Below are positions 26,396 through 39,864 of a stretch of 64,000 nucleotides of DNA, one piece after another. Each line of letters opens with the position of its first letter. The first letter of the stretch is position 1. The stretch spans positions 85,002,001 through 85,066,000 of the forward strand of contig NC_043004.1 of assembly GCF_006345805.1 (NCBI RefSeq), read 5' to 3'. The notes under the pieces are model-generated. The model was not told the origin of the DNA. It saw only the letters and a program-made list of their open reading frames with translations, and made no database searches. This DNA is from Octopus sinensis (taxonomy: Eukaryota). The position numbers were made by a program, and so were the translations under genes.

Positions 26396-26600
26396 GACTA
26401 TATGACGCTGATAGGAGTTGCCTCCCTTAATATCAAGCATGTATCTTTCATACACAGTCGAACATTTTTCTTTCTTTTTCATTTTATAATACTGTTGATT
26501 GCAAAACAAATTTGCCAAACTCAATTTAGTTACATTCCTTTACGGCCTGAGGTGACGCATCCTGCGTGGATGTACCCCGTTGTCCCTGCATGGGTATACT

Positions 26601-26675
<75 letters not shown>

Positions 26676-26939
26676 TATATGTGTGTGTATGTGTGTGTAT
26701 ATATGTGTGTGAATCTGTGCGTGTATATATATGAATGTGCGTACTTGTACAGGATGCGTAAAGAAGTATAAATATATGTACCTACAGAAAGTTATAAGCT
26801 TATATTCATACATACATGTATGTATGTATATATGTGTTCGGCCTCCCACCATCGCTTCACAATAAATACTAATGTGTTTACACCCCTGTAATGTAACGGC
26901 TCAAAAAGAGAGACTGATAGAATGAATACTAGGCTTACG

Positions 26940-27705
26940 AAGGTACTACAATCCCAGAGTCACAAGCAGTGAAGACATTGGGGATCAGCATGTGCCATGA
27001 CGCAATATTTCATATGCAAGATGGCAGCAAAATGCAGACAGCTGCAAGATGGATACTCATGTCCTTCAAGACAAGAGGCCAAGAAAGTAAGTTGACACTG
27101 AGGAGAACCTTTATTCTCGGTCTCCTGGACTGCACTTCCCAGTTTGGTCACCACATAGTGCCAAACTAACATAGGAGCTTGAAGCAGTTCAACGCCACTA
27201 CGACAAAAATATTGAAACAGTGCAGTAGACGACCTGTAGGACAGAAAACGTGACAGATACGCAATAATATACATATGGACAATCCTAGAGGGGCTAGTAC
27301 TTAATATTAGCATTGAGTGTTATACAAGTGCCAGAGATGGTCGCCATTGCATTGTACAAAATGTACCGTGCACGCCATTTTAATTCAGTACTAGGTATTG
27401 CAATGGCCGACAGCTCTTCAATGCACTGTCACAAAAATTTAGAAATTTGCATAAGGTGGAATTAGATGTCTTCAGAAATGAATTAGACATCCTCCTAACG
27501 ACAATGCCGGATGAACCAATATCTTGAAATGATGTACAAACGAGGGCTGCGGAATCAAACTCAACTATACAACAAATGTACAACAGCTGGGTAAAAGGAA
27601 TATACAGGAGTGATGATGTGAAACACCCAGATTGAGGAAGTCAGAAAGACCTTGGTGGGGCTCCAGCATGACCACAGCCGCAAGGCTGAGACGAATAAAA
27701 GAGTA
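26940..27705 (+). mobile_element. CR1-like LINE 3' fragment (RT C-terminus plus 3' tail), decayed
   Basis: Frames give VKTLGI...ELEAVQR...RKRDRYAIIYIWTILEGL...QLFNALSQKFRN...VFRNELD...PDEP. The tail is CTCCAGCATGACCACAGCCGCAAGGCTG. Confidence 0.8.
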
Positions 27706-27759
27706 AAGATCATATATATATACACTTATATATATACGACGAGCTTATTCGTCTCAGCC

Positions 27760-27825
<66 letters not shown>

Positions 27826-27836
27826 GTATATATATA

Positions 27837-27886
<50 letters not shown>

Positions 27887-27944
27887 CAAACATATATACA
27901 TATATATGTATATGCACACGCGCACATTATTTTATTCCTTGTGC

Positions 27945-28345
27945 TATTGTTTTATTTCTTTTAGTCATTTCGCTGCGACCATGCTGGAGCACAGCCTCTG
28001 GTCGACCAAATCGACCACAGCACTTATTCTTCGTAAGCCTAGTACTTACTTGTCGTTCTCTATTTGACGAGATGCTAAGTTACGGAGACGTAAACACAGC
28101 AACATCGGTTGTCAAGCGATGGTGGGGGCGGAAAACTGACATAGAAATATATACATATACGTATACATATATATATATACACTTATATATATATACGACG
28201 AGCTTCTTTCAGTTTCCGTGCACCAAATCCACTCACAAGGCTTTGATCGCCTTAGGTTATATTAGAGGGCACTTGTCCGAGGTGCCACGCAGTGGGACTG
28301 AACCCGAAACCATGTGGTTGGTTTGCATGATACTTACCACACAGA
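27945..28345 (-). mobile_element. SINE family A
   Basis: Tail, core and head motifs present. Confidence 0.85.
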
Positions 28346-29439
28346 CACTATTCCGCTATTTGTGTGTGTGTGTTTGTAATAAAGGTTGACGCATGGTCAT
28401 ATGTTTATTTGTTTTGAGAATTATGTACAATGAGTTTGAACGTAGCTGAAAATAGAAATATTTAAACACATCCAACTGTGATTTTAACACTGATTATCAA
28501 AGAATTGTTTATCAAATAAGTGTCATTGAGTCTACAAGATAGCCTTTGCCTTCTTGGAGAAGACTTCGCCTGTAAAGACCGATGTGTCAAGGTTATGAAC
28601 GAATAATCACTGGCTGCAGTAAATAGAATATTCATAAGGCTGTCTTATCATTGTATGCCATCTTACATACGCAGTTGTATGCATACATACTTATATGCTG
28701 ACATACAGATGCTCCTGAATATTCACACGTACATACATGCACTTATATATGTACACACGCACGAACACACACCCACTTTGTGTATGTGACTGCATGCTTC
28801 GGCCGTCGAACGATCCTCTCTGCCTATATCACAAGGTATTTCGTGAGTCTAGGTATTTGGAAGGTATTCTCTGTTGGATATTTGTATAGTATTGGTTATA
28901 GCTTCTATGCTACTATAAGAGCATCGATATTACACCGTGGAGGTCTTGAAGATTCCTTTCTTTATTGTCTTATTACATAATTCAAGTATGTTCTTTCTTT
29001 TTTTATGGCCGTAGGGTGTGATTTTCCAAGTTTTGGTTACTATACATATCATAACAAATGATCACATACAGGTCTCCTCATTGGGACATCTGTTGATAAA
29101 CTCTGGCACTTTCCTATTTATTCCATATTGGTAAGGAGGGGAAGTTTAAGTCTTTCGTTCTTCTAGTTAGATCTCCAAATTCATTCTTAAATATTGCCAA
29201 AGGTCTGTAAATTGTAATAATTCTTAAACTACAATTCATTTTAATTTTCAAACCATACTGATTACCTCCAAAACGTTTATTTAGTCATTATTTCATGGTT
29301 CGGGATAGCAACTCTTAATCCTGCAAATGACATGTGATGTTTTTATTACAAGTCCAAAGGTGACATATGTACCTGTTAATGATGTCTGTATTCGCTAGAT
29401 TCTTTGATATATGCGAGGAGGTACTGACAATTTCCCGAA

Positions 29440-29628
29440 TTTAAGAGTATTGCGTAAGGCCTGGCTGGATGTCCAACTTTCCAAGTTTTTTTACAAAGCG
29501 TAGAAAAACTTAATGACCGCTGCGATAAGTGCGTGAATCTGAGAAGGGAATATATTGAATAAAATCTTAACTGATCATCCTATATCTACTTTTACTCAAT
29601 GCCAGGAACGTTTCAACAATCTCTCATA
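29440..29628 (+). mobile_element. Mariner transposon 3' end
   Basis: KAWLDVQLSKFF / VEKLNDRCDKCVNLRREYIE* resembles the mariner C-terminus (KL..RW.KCV...G.Y.E*); ends ...CTCTCATA. Confidence 0.65.
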
Positions 29629-29799
29629 TACCCTTATGGAACCTTTCACCTGTATGATGGGGATTTAAGCTGCAAGTGTTCATTTATCTGAGTCAGCCTA
29701 GCCTTTCTTCCTTCATATAAAACAGCTGAATGTTTAGAGTACCCGTTCCGGACAAATTTCCACATAATTCATGCTATCATTATATCCTCTGAGGCAAGT

Positions 29800-29990
29800 A
29801 GCTGCTAGATCTCTTAGCACGTCTGCCAAAATTCTTTGCGATATTTCGTCTGTATTTACATTCTCAGTTCTAAAACATCCGAGGTCACTTTGCTTACCAT
29901 CCTTTCAGGATCGATGACAAATTCAAACCATTACAGCAGTGAGGTCGATCAAATCAAATACTCTCTTTCCCAAAATTTCAGCTCTGGTAC
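29800..29990 (+). mobile_element. SINE family B (old)
   Basis: GATATTTCGTCTG...CCGAGGTCACTTTGCTTACCATCCTTTCAGGATCGAT. Confidence 0.65.
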
Positions 29991-31505
29991 CTTATAATTA
30001 AAAGGAAATAATACATTCACAATTATGTATACATGTTACGTTCTTATTTCTGTGTGTTCTGTTCGATAGATATGCTCTATATGAGCTGATCTTATGCCTC
30101 TACCTCCATACCTTTTAACACTTATTCTGTCTGTGCCATTATCGGTATGGCATATTCCAGTGGTCAAGCTTTGTCCCAAATTTTCATGTTGCGCATTTGT
30201 ACCAGTGTCCAGTCAAGTATACCAAATATTGGTCCTAGCGTCAGCAGTTCAAAAGCTTTGTGTGACATGGTTTAACTGAATACACATCCTCATACACATT
30301 CCTTCCGAAATCTTCTAAAGTATTCGCTTGCTACTTTAGCTTTATACACTTGACTAAAATATGTAATGCTTTCGGGGGTTACCTGCTTATATGGTGATAA
30401 GGACGATATCCACTGTATCCAAATTGCATGTTTGGTCAACAAAGTTTCATTGTTTCCCGACCAACGGCGAACGCTTACCAAACCGAACTAAGGGCGTTGC
30501 AGTTTGCCGTGAGCACAATGTAACTGTCTCCTTGCACCGTTCATATAAATGAGTACAGCCTCAGCTCATTAACAAAAAGTGTATATGTGTGACATTCATT
30601 TTCCTTTCATCTAAAAGATCCTATCATATAGCCTTTGAATGATCCCAACATCGCCGAGAGTGGCTTAACATCTCCTACGAATACGTTTACAGGTAAGCTG
30701 AAATATCTCTGATGATACTCTAATTCACGTAGCGTCTATAGTATTAACTTCAGTTGTTATCGTGATCTATATAATCCATGTTGCTCTCACTCGCTTAATG
30801 TAATCGATAATGCCAAATTTCAAGACTTTATTATCTGTGAATGCGAAACATCTATAGAAAGGCGTAATATATAGAGACGTGGCTCATACAAGTTAATTGA
30901 TAAACTGCCTGGAACATTTTATATGTTGCTTTAGGGTTCTTCCCCAGTGTACCACAAAAACTTATTAGATTGTCTTATGTTCCCACTGCATTCTATAAAC
31001 CAATCAGCATTGACCAGTGGTGTTTCGTAGGGTGATTTCAAATTCTAGTTACATAAGTGTAATTGGCAAAGAGGAATATTCCATAAATTAAATATTAATA
31101 TTACCATTCCCATTCTGAATTAACACATTGTCAATTACTATATGGAGACTTAATTCATACAAATTCATATAAAATCCTCCTATAAGGCTATGATGACATA
31201 TTATGATTTATATCCATAATTGTTACAAGTGTAATTAATAATATAACTGTCAGTAAAATGAAGTTTTCATTGCATTCCCTACTCAATTAACCGAAAATTG
31301 ACCCTGCAAATTATCCAAACTCACGTTTCATGACACACTATCTGCTAATGATACCTCGCTTTTCAGTGTGCGTATCTGACTAATTACATTCATGTTAAAA
31401 TATAGCCACACTTCCTTTGGAAGATGTTTTAAAACAGATTATGATGTGTCTTACCAAGAAAGTAATCTCACGTTAAGCAGACGAAATCTGGCAAAGATAC
31501 ATGCA

Positions 31506-31706
31506 TTCTTTTACTTGTTTCAGTCATTTGACTGTGGCCATGCTGGAGCACCCCCTTCAGTCGAGCAAATCGACCCCAGGAACTATTCTTTGTAAGCCTA
31601 GTACTTATTCTATCGGTCTCTTTTGCCGAACCGCTAGGTTACGGGAACGTAAACACACCAGCATCGGTTGTCAAGCGATGTTGGAAGGGCAAACAGAGAC
31701 ACACAA

Positions 31707-31785
<79 letters not shown>

Positions 31786-31947
31786 CGACGGGCTTCTTTC
31801 AGTTTCCGTCTACCAAATCCACTCACAAGGCTTTGGTCGGCCCGAAGCTATAGTAGAAAACACTTGCCCAATGTTCCACGCAGTGGGACTGAACCCAGAA
31901 CCATGTGGTTGGTAAGCAAGCCACTTACCACTCAGCCACTCCTACGC
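31506..31947 (-). mobile_element. SINE family A, well-preserved full-length copy
   Basis: All segments present, with an internal (CA)n(TA)n tract. Confidence 0.92.
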
Positions 31948-33149
31948 AACATCGGTTGCTAATTACATTATGCAACAATAGCAAAATGTTTCGGAAAATA
32001 CTTTCTTTAGGTTTTACGAAACACGCGCAATTACGCACGTACAAACCTGCCCGAAAACACACAACAGCAACAACCAGAACAGGTAAATTGGATTAATAAA
32101 TCTGGGCCGATATTTAAAAAGTATTCAGTCCTAAGCGAACTTGTTTATCTATATCAAACACTTAGACACAAAAAATAAATAATCGCTGCTAACGTGTGGT
32201 GGAATCAGCTAATGATGCAATTTTCTCCACTCCTCTTCATGTTGTTATCTATATACACGTACACACATACACATGTACATATATTAGTGTGTGCGAGCGC
32301 GCGCGCGTGTGTGTGTGTATAGTGTCAAGCACTCCCTCAATGAATCATTCTAGCTAATCTACATAAAATTGCTTCTCATCGATCATTACTTCACTCCGTG
32401 TACAAAAGATTAATTCGGAAAGTCTAAATAAATAACAATATACTGTAAACAAGAGGCTACAATGTAGAATAGTTTATGCACAAAATAATAATACCTAGGA
32501 AAGTTATCGAGGAAACAGCTGTAAAGGGAAAACGTTTACGTTTCAATGTATAAACTTAATGTTCTAGCTCCAACAGCTCATATCGTTTTACCTTCAATAA
32601 AACTGTCATGCGCAAAGCAAATTCCACAAATTCATTAACAGAAACAAAATCAATAAATGTCATTATACGACAATGAACATTTCACAGGCACTCAAATTCT
32701 TCTACACTATAGAGACTTATTAATTCTAACACTAATAACTTGACTTCATCTCTTCAACTTGAGTTACAGAAATAGAGAAAACTGACCCGTAGTTTTAAGT
32801 GTCTCACAAAAGATATAACAGCGCACAATGCACAGAAATACTTATGTATATCAGAATTACATCGCACCAATTAGAGAGTAGCTTCACTGAATAAACACCC
32901 TGAATTTACATCGAATGACCGGTAGTTGTTCATCCAACTGCGCTTAGGACATTAAAATATAAACAAAATAAAATAAAATAAAAACATTTTTTCCTCCCCA
33001 AATCATATTCTGATACTGATCGAATCTTAAATATCATCCTGTGATTGGAAGTATGCTTCACAAAAATCATAGCTCAAAAGCGCCCCGGAAAAATATCTCT
33101 GTCTTAAAAAAAGTAATATAATTTATAAAATTTTCAATTATCAATATTG

Positions 33150-33600
33150 GTTCCAAATGTTAGCAGAAGGACAGGATTTTGAGGGGCGAGATAACTCAGT
33201 TACATGGATCCCGGTATTCAACACGTGCCTATTTTATAGATCCTCAAATGATGAAGAGCAAAGTCCACCTCGGTTGAATTTAAAGTCAGAAAGTAAAGAT
33301 TGACGAAATGCCGCTAAGCATTATGCCCAGCGTGTTGACGCTTCTGAAAGTTTATCTCTGTGTTTAAAATATTAATATTAGGCTGAGATTTGGGGGGAAA
33401 GCCAACAATTTCTGGGGGAGAGTAAGTCGATTACATCGACCCCAATTTTCCGCTGGTATTTAGTTTACCGGCCCCAAAATGATGAAAAATAAAGTCAATT
33501 CAGAGGCATTTAAATTAGCAAAGTAATGACAGACAAAGCAACACCGCTCAGCATTTTGTCCGGCGAGCTAAATTTGAAATGTTAATATTGGCAAAAACAG
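33150..33600 (-). mobile_element. Two tandem degenerate SINE-B copies
   Basis: GACGAAATGCCGCTAAGCAT at ~33302 and CCGCTCAGCATTTTGTCCGGCG at ~33545. Confidence 0.7.
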
Positions 33601-33700
33601 TAGAAGGCGTGTTGGTGGAATCGTTAGAGAGCCGGACAAAATCATTTACTGCATTTCGTCTGTCCTTACTTTCTGTTAGAATCCTGTCGAAGCCGACTTT

Positions 33701-33987
33701 ATGGACTAGTGTTGATTGTATATTGAATATTTCATTGCATATTATTACATGCTATTGACTATTAAGTTCAATAATTGTAACAACTGTAGTAAGATGTTCA
33801 ATACCTCGTTGAGGGGAAAAATTGACAAGAGGTTGAAAAGCCACAGTGTTATAAAGTGTAAGAGGCCCAGTGCCTCATTGGTAAATGGACTAGTGTTGAT
33901 TGTATGTTGAATATTTTTTGCATGTTAATATTTGTAATGCACTATTAAGTCCCAAAATTGTAATAACTGTTGTGAGAGGTTCAATAC
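33701..33987. repeat. Diverged direct repeat, ~103 bp, period 184 bp
   Basis: ATGGACTAGTGTTGATTGTAT...GTTCAATAC at 33701 and 33885. Confidence 0.8.
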
Positions 33988-34170
33988 AACGCTTTGTAGA
34001 TTCTGTTTTTTAAACAAAAATGAACAATGTTTTAGAGAAGAAAAAAATCGGCGGGCGTTTTTGCCATCTCTCATCAATATCATCCTTATTTCATCATTCA
34101 CCTCATCAATGTATATGTCCAGTCCGCAACTACTCTTTGTAATGCAGTTATGGCAATTGTTTATGAAATA

Positions 34171-34313
34171 AAGTAGCTTGCTTACCAACCACATGGTTCC
34201 GGGTTCAGTCCCAATGCGTGGCACTTTGGGCAAGTGTCTTCTACTATATCCTCGGGCCGACCAAAGCCCTGTGAGTGGATTTGGTAGACAGAAACTGAAA
34301 AAAGCCCGTCGTA

Positions 34314-34383
<70 letters not shown>

Positions 34384-34613
34384 TATGCATATGTGTGCAT
34401 ATGTTTGTGTGTCTGCGTTTGTCCCGACAACATCGCTTGACAATCGGTGCTGGTGTGTTTACATCCCAGTAACTTAGTGGATCGGCAAAAGAGACCAATA
34501 TAATAAATACTAGGCTTACAAAGAATAAGTTCTGGGGTCGATTTTATCGACTAGAGGCGGTGCTCCAGCATGGCCGCAGTCAAATGACTGAAACAAGTAA
34601 AAGAGTAAAAGAG
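34171..34613 (+). mobile_element. SINE family A, slightly 5'-truncated
   Basis: Head, (TA)n core and tail GGCGGTGCTCCAGCATGGCCGCAGTCAAATGACTGAAACAAGTAAAAGAG. Confidence 0.92.
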
Positions 34614-35789
34614 TAAGTGTATATGTGTTGTTTGACACCAGCTATAGATGAGTAAATCATTGAATATAAGCTTACACATTTTCATTACATATCAACAATG
34701 CCAATATGCATTCGTGCGTGCGACAAAACTAGCGTGTGCGTATGTGTCTGTGCATGAGTATGAGTGCGCGCGCGTGCGTGTTACTTCACATGTGGGTTTG
34801 TGTGCGTTTGCCGAATTATTGTATAGCATAAGGAATTTATCAATTATTGAGATGAAATAGGGAGCAGTATTGTTCAAACTTTACATAAATGACTTGCTTT
34901 TGTAAATATTGGAAATATATTGTAGAACATTAGTGTATCCTTTGAAATGGATTATGGTTCTGCTTAAATGAATTAACGGTGCTAGAGAAACGCAATTAGA
35001 TTTGTGTTATAGGTCATATCACCATTTTAATTGATTACACCACATAGCATAAACCTTCAGTTAAGGGACTCGGTAATTAATTACGCAAAGTTAATTGCAA
35101 ATGAATTGAAAGGAAAATTCCTTGCGCGTAAAATTTCGTACAATGTATACTAGGTATCGAACAAACATATCCATGCTTTATTATAACACCGGGATTTAGC
35201 TTTCGAATCAATGAATATGATTTCCATTTGGTAAAGCATTGGAAATATATTTGTGTTATGTACAAATGATTTTGGTAGTATTGGTGTACGCATAGGGAAA
35301 TGTCTAGTCTAAATTGACATACAGACGGATAGGTACATAGGTTATAAGAACAGACAAGCACACATACGCAAATGGAGACTAACACACATGACCATATATA
35401 CACACACACTTTACTCCACACAAGGTCACATATGGAGACACGGATCCACACATATATAGATGCCCATCCATCCATACATACAAACATGGTACATAGTTGC
35501 ATAACACACACACACACACAGACATGCACACACAAGGAATCAGAGATGCATATATATACAAAAACACGCTCAGACACAGACATACATTGAAAATACACAA
35601 ACGCGGACATGCAAGCACATGAATATACAGGATACACACATACAGATGCACACACATATATATATACATAGATACACATGCATACATAGTTACACATATA
35701 GATACGTACATGCATGCATAGGCACACACACACACTGACCAACACACATGCGCGCAAACAAACAAAAAGTAATGCAGTGTAAATAACGG

Positions 35790-35935
35790 ACGGAGACAAG
35801 ACTATTGAGAAGGTCGCCAGACGCAACGAAAACTTTAGAAAAATACAAAGAGGAATAAGTGGAAATTTTTACCGGTGAGTGTGTTAGATTATAAGACACA
35901 AAAAGGAAATGACTCTCGCCAGAAACAAAAGAATA
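35790..35935 (+). repeat. Unclassified ~140-bp dispersed repeat (second copy at 40600-40735)
   Basis: CGCAACGAAAA(C/G)TTTAGAAA...AATAAGTG.AAATTTT...CCGGTGA...AATGACTCTC at both loci. Confidence 0.7.
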
Positions 35936-36059
35936 GCCTAAATTAAGATTTACTAAAAAGGCAGTTCATTTTCTGAAGCGTTAATATATGCTTAAAATTA
36001 TCAATGCATAGACACAGTACAACATAACATTCACCAGAAACCAAAACAAAATATTAATA

Positions 36060-36372
36060 GAATATTGTTCAAAAATGGACCACAGTTACTGCAACAGCCT
36101 GAGTTTCAAGGGCCCAAAGCTTTTCAATATTCTCCCAAAGAGTCTGAGGAAATTGCACAAAGTAGATGTAGAGTTTTTTAAAATCAAAGCTGGACCTCTT
36201 CTTGTCGAGAGTCCCAGATGAGCCTACCTCACGGCACGAGGTGCAAATGAGGGTAGCTATATCAAACTCCATTGTACTCCAAGTGCCACATATTAGAGGA
36301 GGCCCTTAGTAATAAAGTGTAACAAAACAGTGGTGCATCAGCATGGCCGCAGCTCTGAGCTGAAACTAACTA
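36060..36372 (+). mobile_element. CR1-like LINE 3' end
   Basis: YCNSLSFKGPKLFNILPKSLRKLHKVDV...LSRVPDEPT; tail CAGCATGGCCGCAGCTCTGAGCTGAAAC. Confidence 0.8.
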
Positions 36373-36474
36373 AACAAATGTTTTGATTACTAATATATTT
36401 TAAGGTAGCTACGCCTGAATCATATTAAAATATATTCATAATTTTTAAAACATGTAGGATCATAATAATTCAGC

Positions 36475-36713
36475 TTTTATCTTTTATCATTTTCTTGTTT
36501 CAGTCATTAGACTCTTGCCATGCTGGAGCGCCACCTTGAGGAATTTGAGTCGAATGAATCGACACCCTAGTAGGTATTTAAAACCTTTTACCTATGCTAC
36601 TGGTTTCTTTTGCCAGAACCGCTAATTTATGTCAGTACTGGTTGTCGAGCGATTGAGGGTGACAAAACCGTCAAAAGCAGAAATGTACGCACATACACAC
36701 ACACATAATGCAT

Positions 36714-36720
<7 letters not shown>
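36475..36720 (-). mobile_element. SINE family A 3' half (diverged)
   Basis: GTTTCAGTCATTAGACT...CATGCTGGAGCGCCACC. Confidence 0.7.
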
Positions 36721-36761
<41 letters not shown>

Positions 36762-36845
36762 TCGAACCCTCCAAATAAAGCATAAAATATAATTCAACCT
36801 TTTCACATATATCTCTATGTATAATTATTATTATTATTATTATTA

Positions 36846-36876
<31 letters not shown>

Positions 36877-37209
36877 TTATTATTATCATATATGATTTAT
36901 TCAAGTGGCTATTCGCAATTTGCAACCGAAAGGCACAAGTATAGTCGTCAATATAGTCGTCAAGTCAGCACCAATATTCCTATCAATAAGATTTAAAACA
37001 CAGCAACGACATAGAGGATTTCTTTATAGTGATCAAATTTTTGTGTACGCATAAGCTCACACCCTCCATCAAATCGAAATTACCTGTACAGTTCCAATGT
37101 GTATCACATGTCAGAATAGGAAAATAGGAAATGGTCGGAGAAAACACAACCCAAAACCCGGTCTGTGAATGCAAACCGCGATCTCGCAACGGTTTTTACA
37201 ATCGTAAGT

Positions 37210-37251
<42 letters not shown>

Positions 37252-37442
37252 TAAATGAAATCTGCGTCCGACTCCATTCTTTCATTTATTCATATACAAC
37301 ACAAAAATGTCTGCACATGAACCCGGAGTTTCTACCCTTGGACAGGTCGCTTCAACCGTGTTTCTGACGTGAATTTGCTACCCAGGTTTCGGTTAAACGA
37401 ATTTATGCTGACGATAAACATAGGATAATTCATTCACCTATT

Positions 37443-37477
<35 letters not shown>

Positions 37478-37479
<2 letters not shown>

Positions 37480-37622
37480 CGGGCCTATTTAGTATCTGGT
37501 CCATTCACAATATTTGGGTCGGCGCGCCGCTATAGTAGAAGACAATTGTCCGCATTTACACGCTGAGGGACTGAACCCAGAATCATATGGTTGGGAAACA
37601 AACTTCTTACGACACAGCCACA
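37478..37622 (-). mobile_element. SINE family A 5' half
   Basis: GCTATAGTAGAAGAC...GGGACTGAACCCAGAA...ACACAGCCAC. Confidence 0.7.
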
Positions 37623-38934
37623 CAAGGATATCTTATATTCAGTAGATTTACTTTTGGGCGTACAATATTATAGTTGCTATAATGTCACGCTTGGTCTTTT
37701 GAAAGGAACACTGTGTTTCATTACGTTATATTTCCCATAGTTAAGTTTAAAATTTTATACACCTGGTTCTGCAAACCATACTCGCTTTAAAATAATAAAG
37801 AACAATTGGTTGGTAGCAAATTGAATCAACATCAAATAAGAACAGATAATCACAAACATTAAAAAAAAAAATTCTAAATTTCATATGCCATTTGGGAAAC
37901 GAGAATCTGATTGTCTGGAGATAACATAACGCCTCTTAACACAGCAGCTTTGCTACATTGTTTCCAGGTGTTGGAGCGTTTACAAATGCACAAATGTAAA
38001 ATTAAAGACTGGAAGATATTAATGGCCTAGGTAATTTGCATAAATGAAGGAAAAAACGCAGTTAAAGAAATAATTCATATTCGACGTATACGCCTCGGAA
38101 CTTGTTGATATCTGACAGGTTGGACAACACATTATAAGAGAAACTCCTGGCAGCACACTGCAAAGTCTTTGAAGATTTTGTTATTTGCTAGGTAGCTGTG
38201 TGTATGTGTGTGTGTGTGTGTGCGTGTGTGTGTGTGTGTGTGTGTAAATAATCTATCACTTATTTCTGTTCCACGATATTTTAGGAAATTTGAAATGTTA
38301 ATTTCCTTATTTATTAAATATATTTCTAATAATACCATTTCCACACATCCATTATTGTATCATTTTTAGATACATTCTAACAAAAACTACATCTATATCA
38401 TATAAACATGAGATTCTGTTATATATTTTTGGTTTCTTTCTTGTATTTCTATTTATACAAGTTTATATTTCTCTTTTTTTGAAAAGAATGTCTATTTCTA
38501 GCATTTCTAAATATATAGCAATGTGTTTGAGTCTGTGTGTTTGTCTGATTATGTCCGTCTTTGTGTTTGTCTGTGTGTCAGTGTGAGTGTGCACTACTTA
38601 TATAGGTCTAATTTATGACCCCTCTTCCTTGGTGAAAGCAATTGTGTATACTACATCAGATTTTTGTTTCTCCTAACCTTTTCCTGACATAAATATCTTT
38701 CATTCTTTTTACCGTTTACTAATTAGTATAGACCATTGTATAAGGAGTGAAAGGTGAACGCTTGCCGAATATTTGATAAATAGTGATGAACTGTTGCAAT
38801 ATTCCGTGAAAGATATGGTTGTAAATGCAGATGAAATAATGAGCAAAGGCAGAGTTTAACCAAAGAGCTTAGGAGAAGAGAAAAGAAGACCTTCTTGAAA
38901 TCAGAATGCATGGACAGTTTGAAAGGAATACACA

Positions 38935-39505
38935 AGATGTTAAAGATAATACTTCATCATTGGAATGGCTTCAACGAGGTGATATGAAGCGTACCACCTG
39001 CTGCACAAGACCAGGTTCGTGTTACCGATTGCGTGAAGTATAAAATCTATAAAACCTCTGACACCCACAAATGCAGTCTTTATGGAAAACGTGTGGAAAA
39101 TGTGACCCACTAGGCAAGTGGATCTGGGAGCCTTGCACAAAAAAATACAAACGCCACCACGATAAACTGTGTGAGTATCTTCATTAGTTTTTATGGTGTA
39201 AATGCCAATATGAAGTAACAGAGCATGTGCCAAGTAAAGTTATGCAGGAGGATAGAAAAGAAACGATACTCCGGGACTTTTTTTTCAGACGGATCGTGTC
39301 GGCCATACATTGTCATATTGAATAAGAGAGACAAATACTGTCAGATCATTGATGTAGCCTTACTAAATGACATGAATGTTGTGCGTAAAGAGGTTGAAAC
39401 ATCACAATGTCCGAATTGAAAGTGGAATGCGAGAGTGTCATGTAAACGTGAAACCAGTGGTGATCGGCGCGCTGGGGTCAATCGCATTGAAACTTCAAGA
39501 CTTCT
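38935..39505 (+). mobile_element. Decayed R4/Dong-like RLE domain
   Basis: LEWLQRG...AAQDQ...ENVTH...KYKRHHDKLCEYLH...IVILNKRDKYCQIIDVA...KPVVIGALGSI, with several stops and frameshifts. Confidence 0.75.
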
Positions 39506-39864
39506 TATCATCATCATCATAATTGTTCGATCGTGGTCGAGACAATAGAATTTATTATGTTACGCCAGACTTCACGGTCCATCATAGCATTACGGAGGTC
39601 CTGTTACTGGATGCCTGTATCCCTGGAGATTACATCAGGGTAGGAGAGTGTGCACCTTCTGGTAACTCGAGCAGATGGCTTCCAGAGGAGAAGAGTAGAA
39701 ATTACCTCGTTTTCAACTCTACAACAATGTCTAGCAAACTGGATTCTTCTACCTTTCACAAGAGATGATACAGGTGGTAGTTTCCCATATGTTTGTACTT
39801 TCGTTGGATGATGCTTCCACGAGAGATTTTGAGCTCTCATAAGGAGGCGAGTGTAAGTTCCATC
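39506..39864 (-). mobile_element. 5'-truncated RTE-like LINE with (TGA)n tail
   Basis: DGTYTRLLMRAQNLSWKHHPTK...RRIQFARHCCR...LLWKP...LSYPDVISRDTG...AMMDREVWR. Confidence 0.85.

Noticed and set aside
27652-28389. 245-aa plus ORF
   Set aside because: Read-through of a LINE tail, (TA)n and an antisense SINE-A.
35077-35826. 249-aa minus ORF (longest in the track)
   Set aside because: Mostly degenerate (TG)n read as C/V/Y/M; the non-repetitive tail resembles no protein I recognise.
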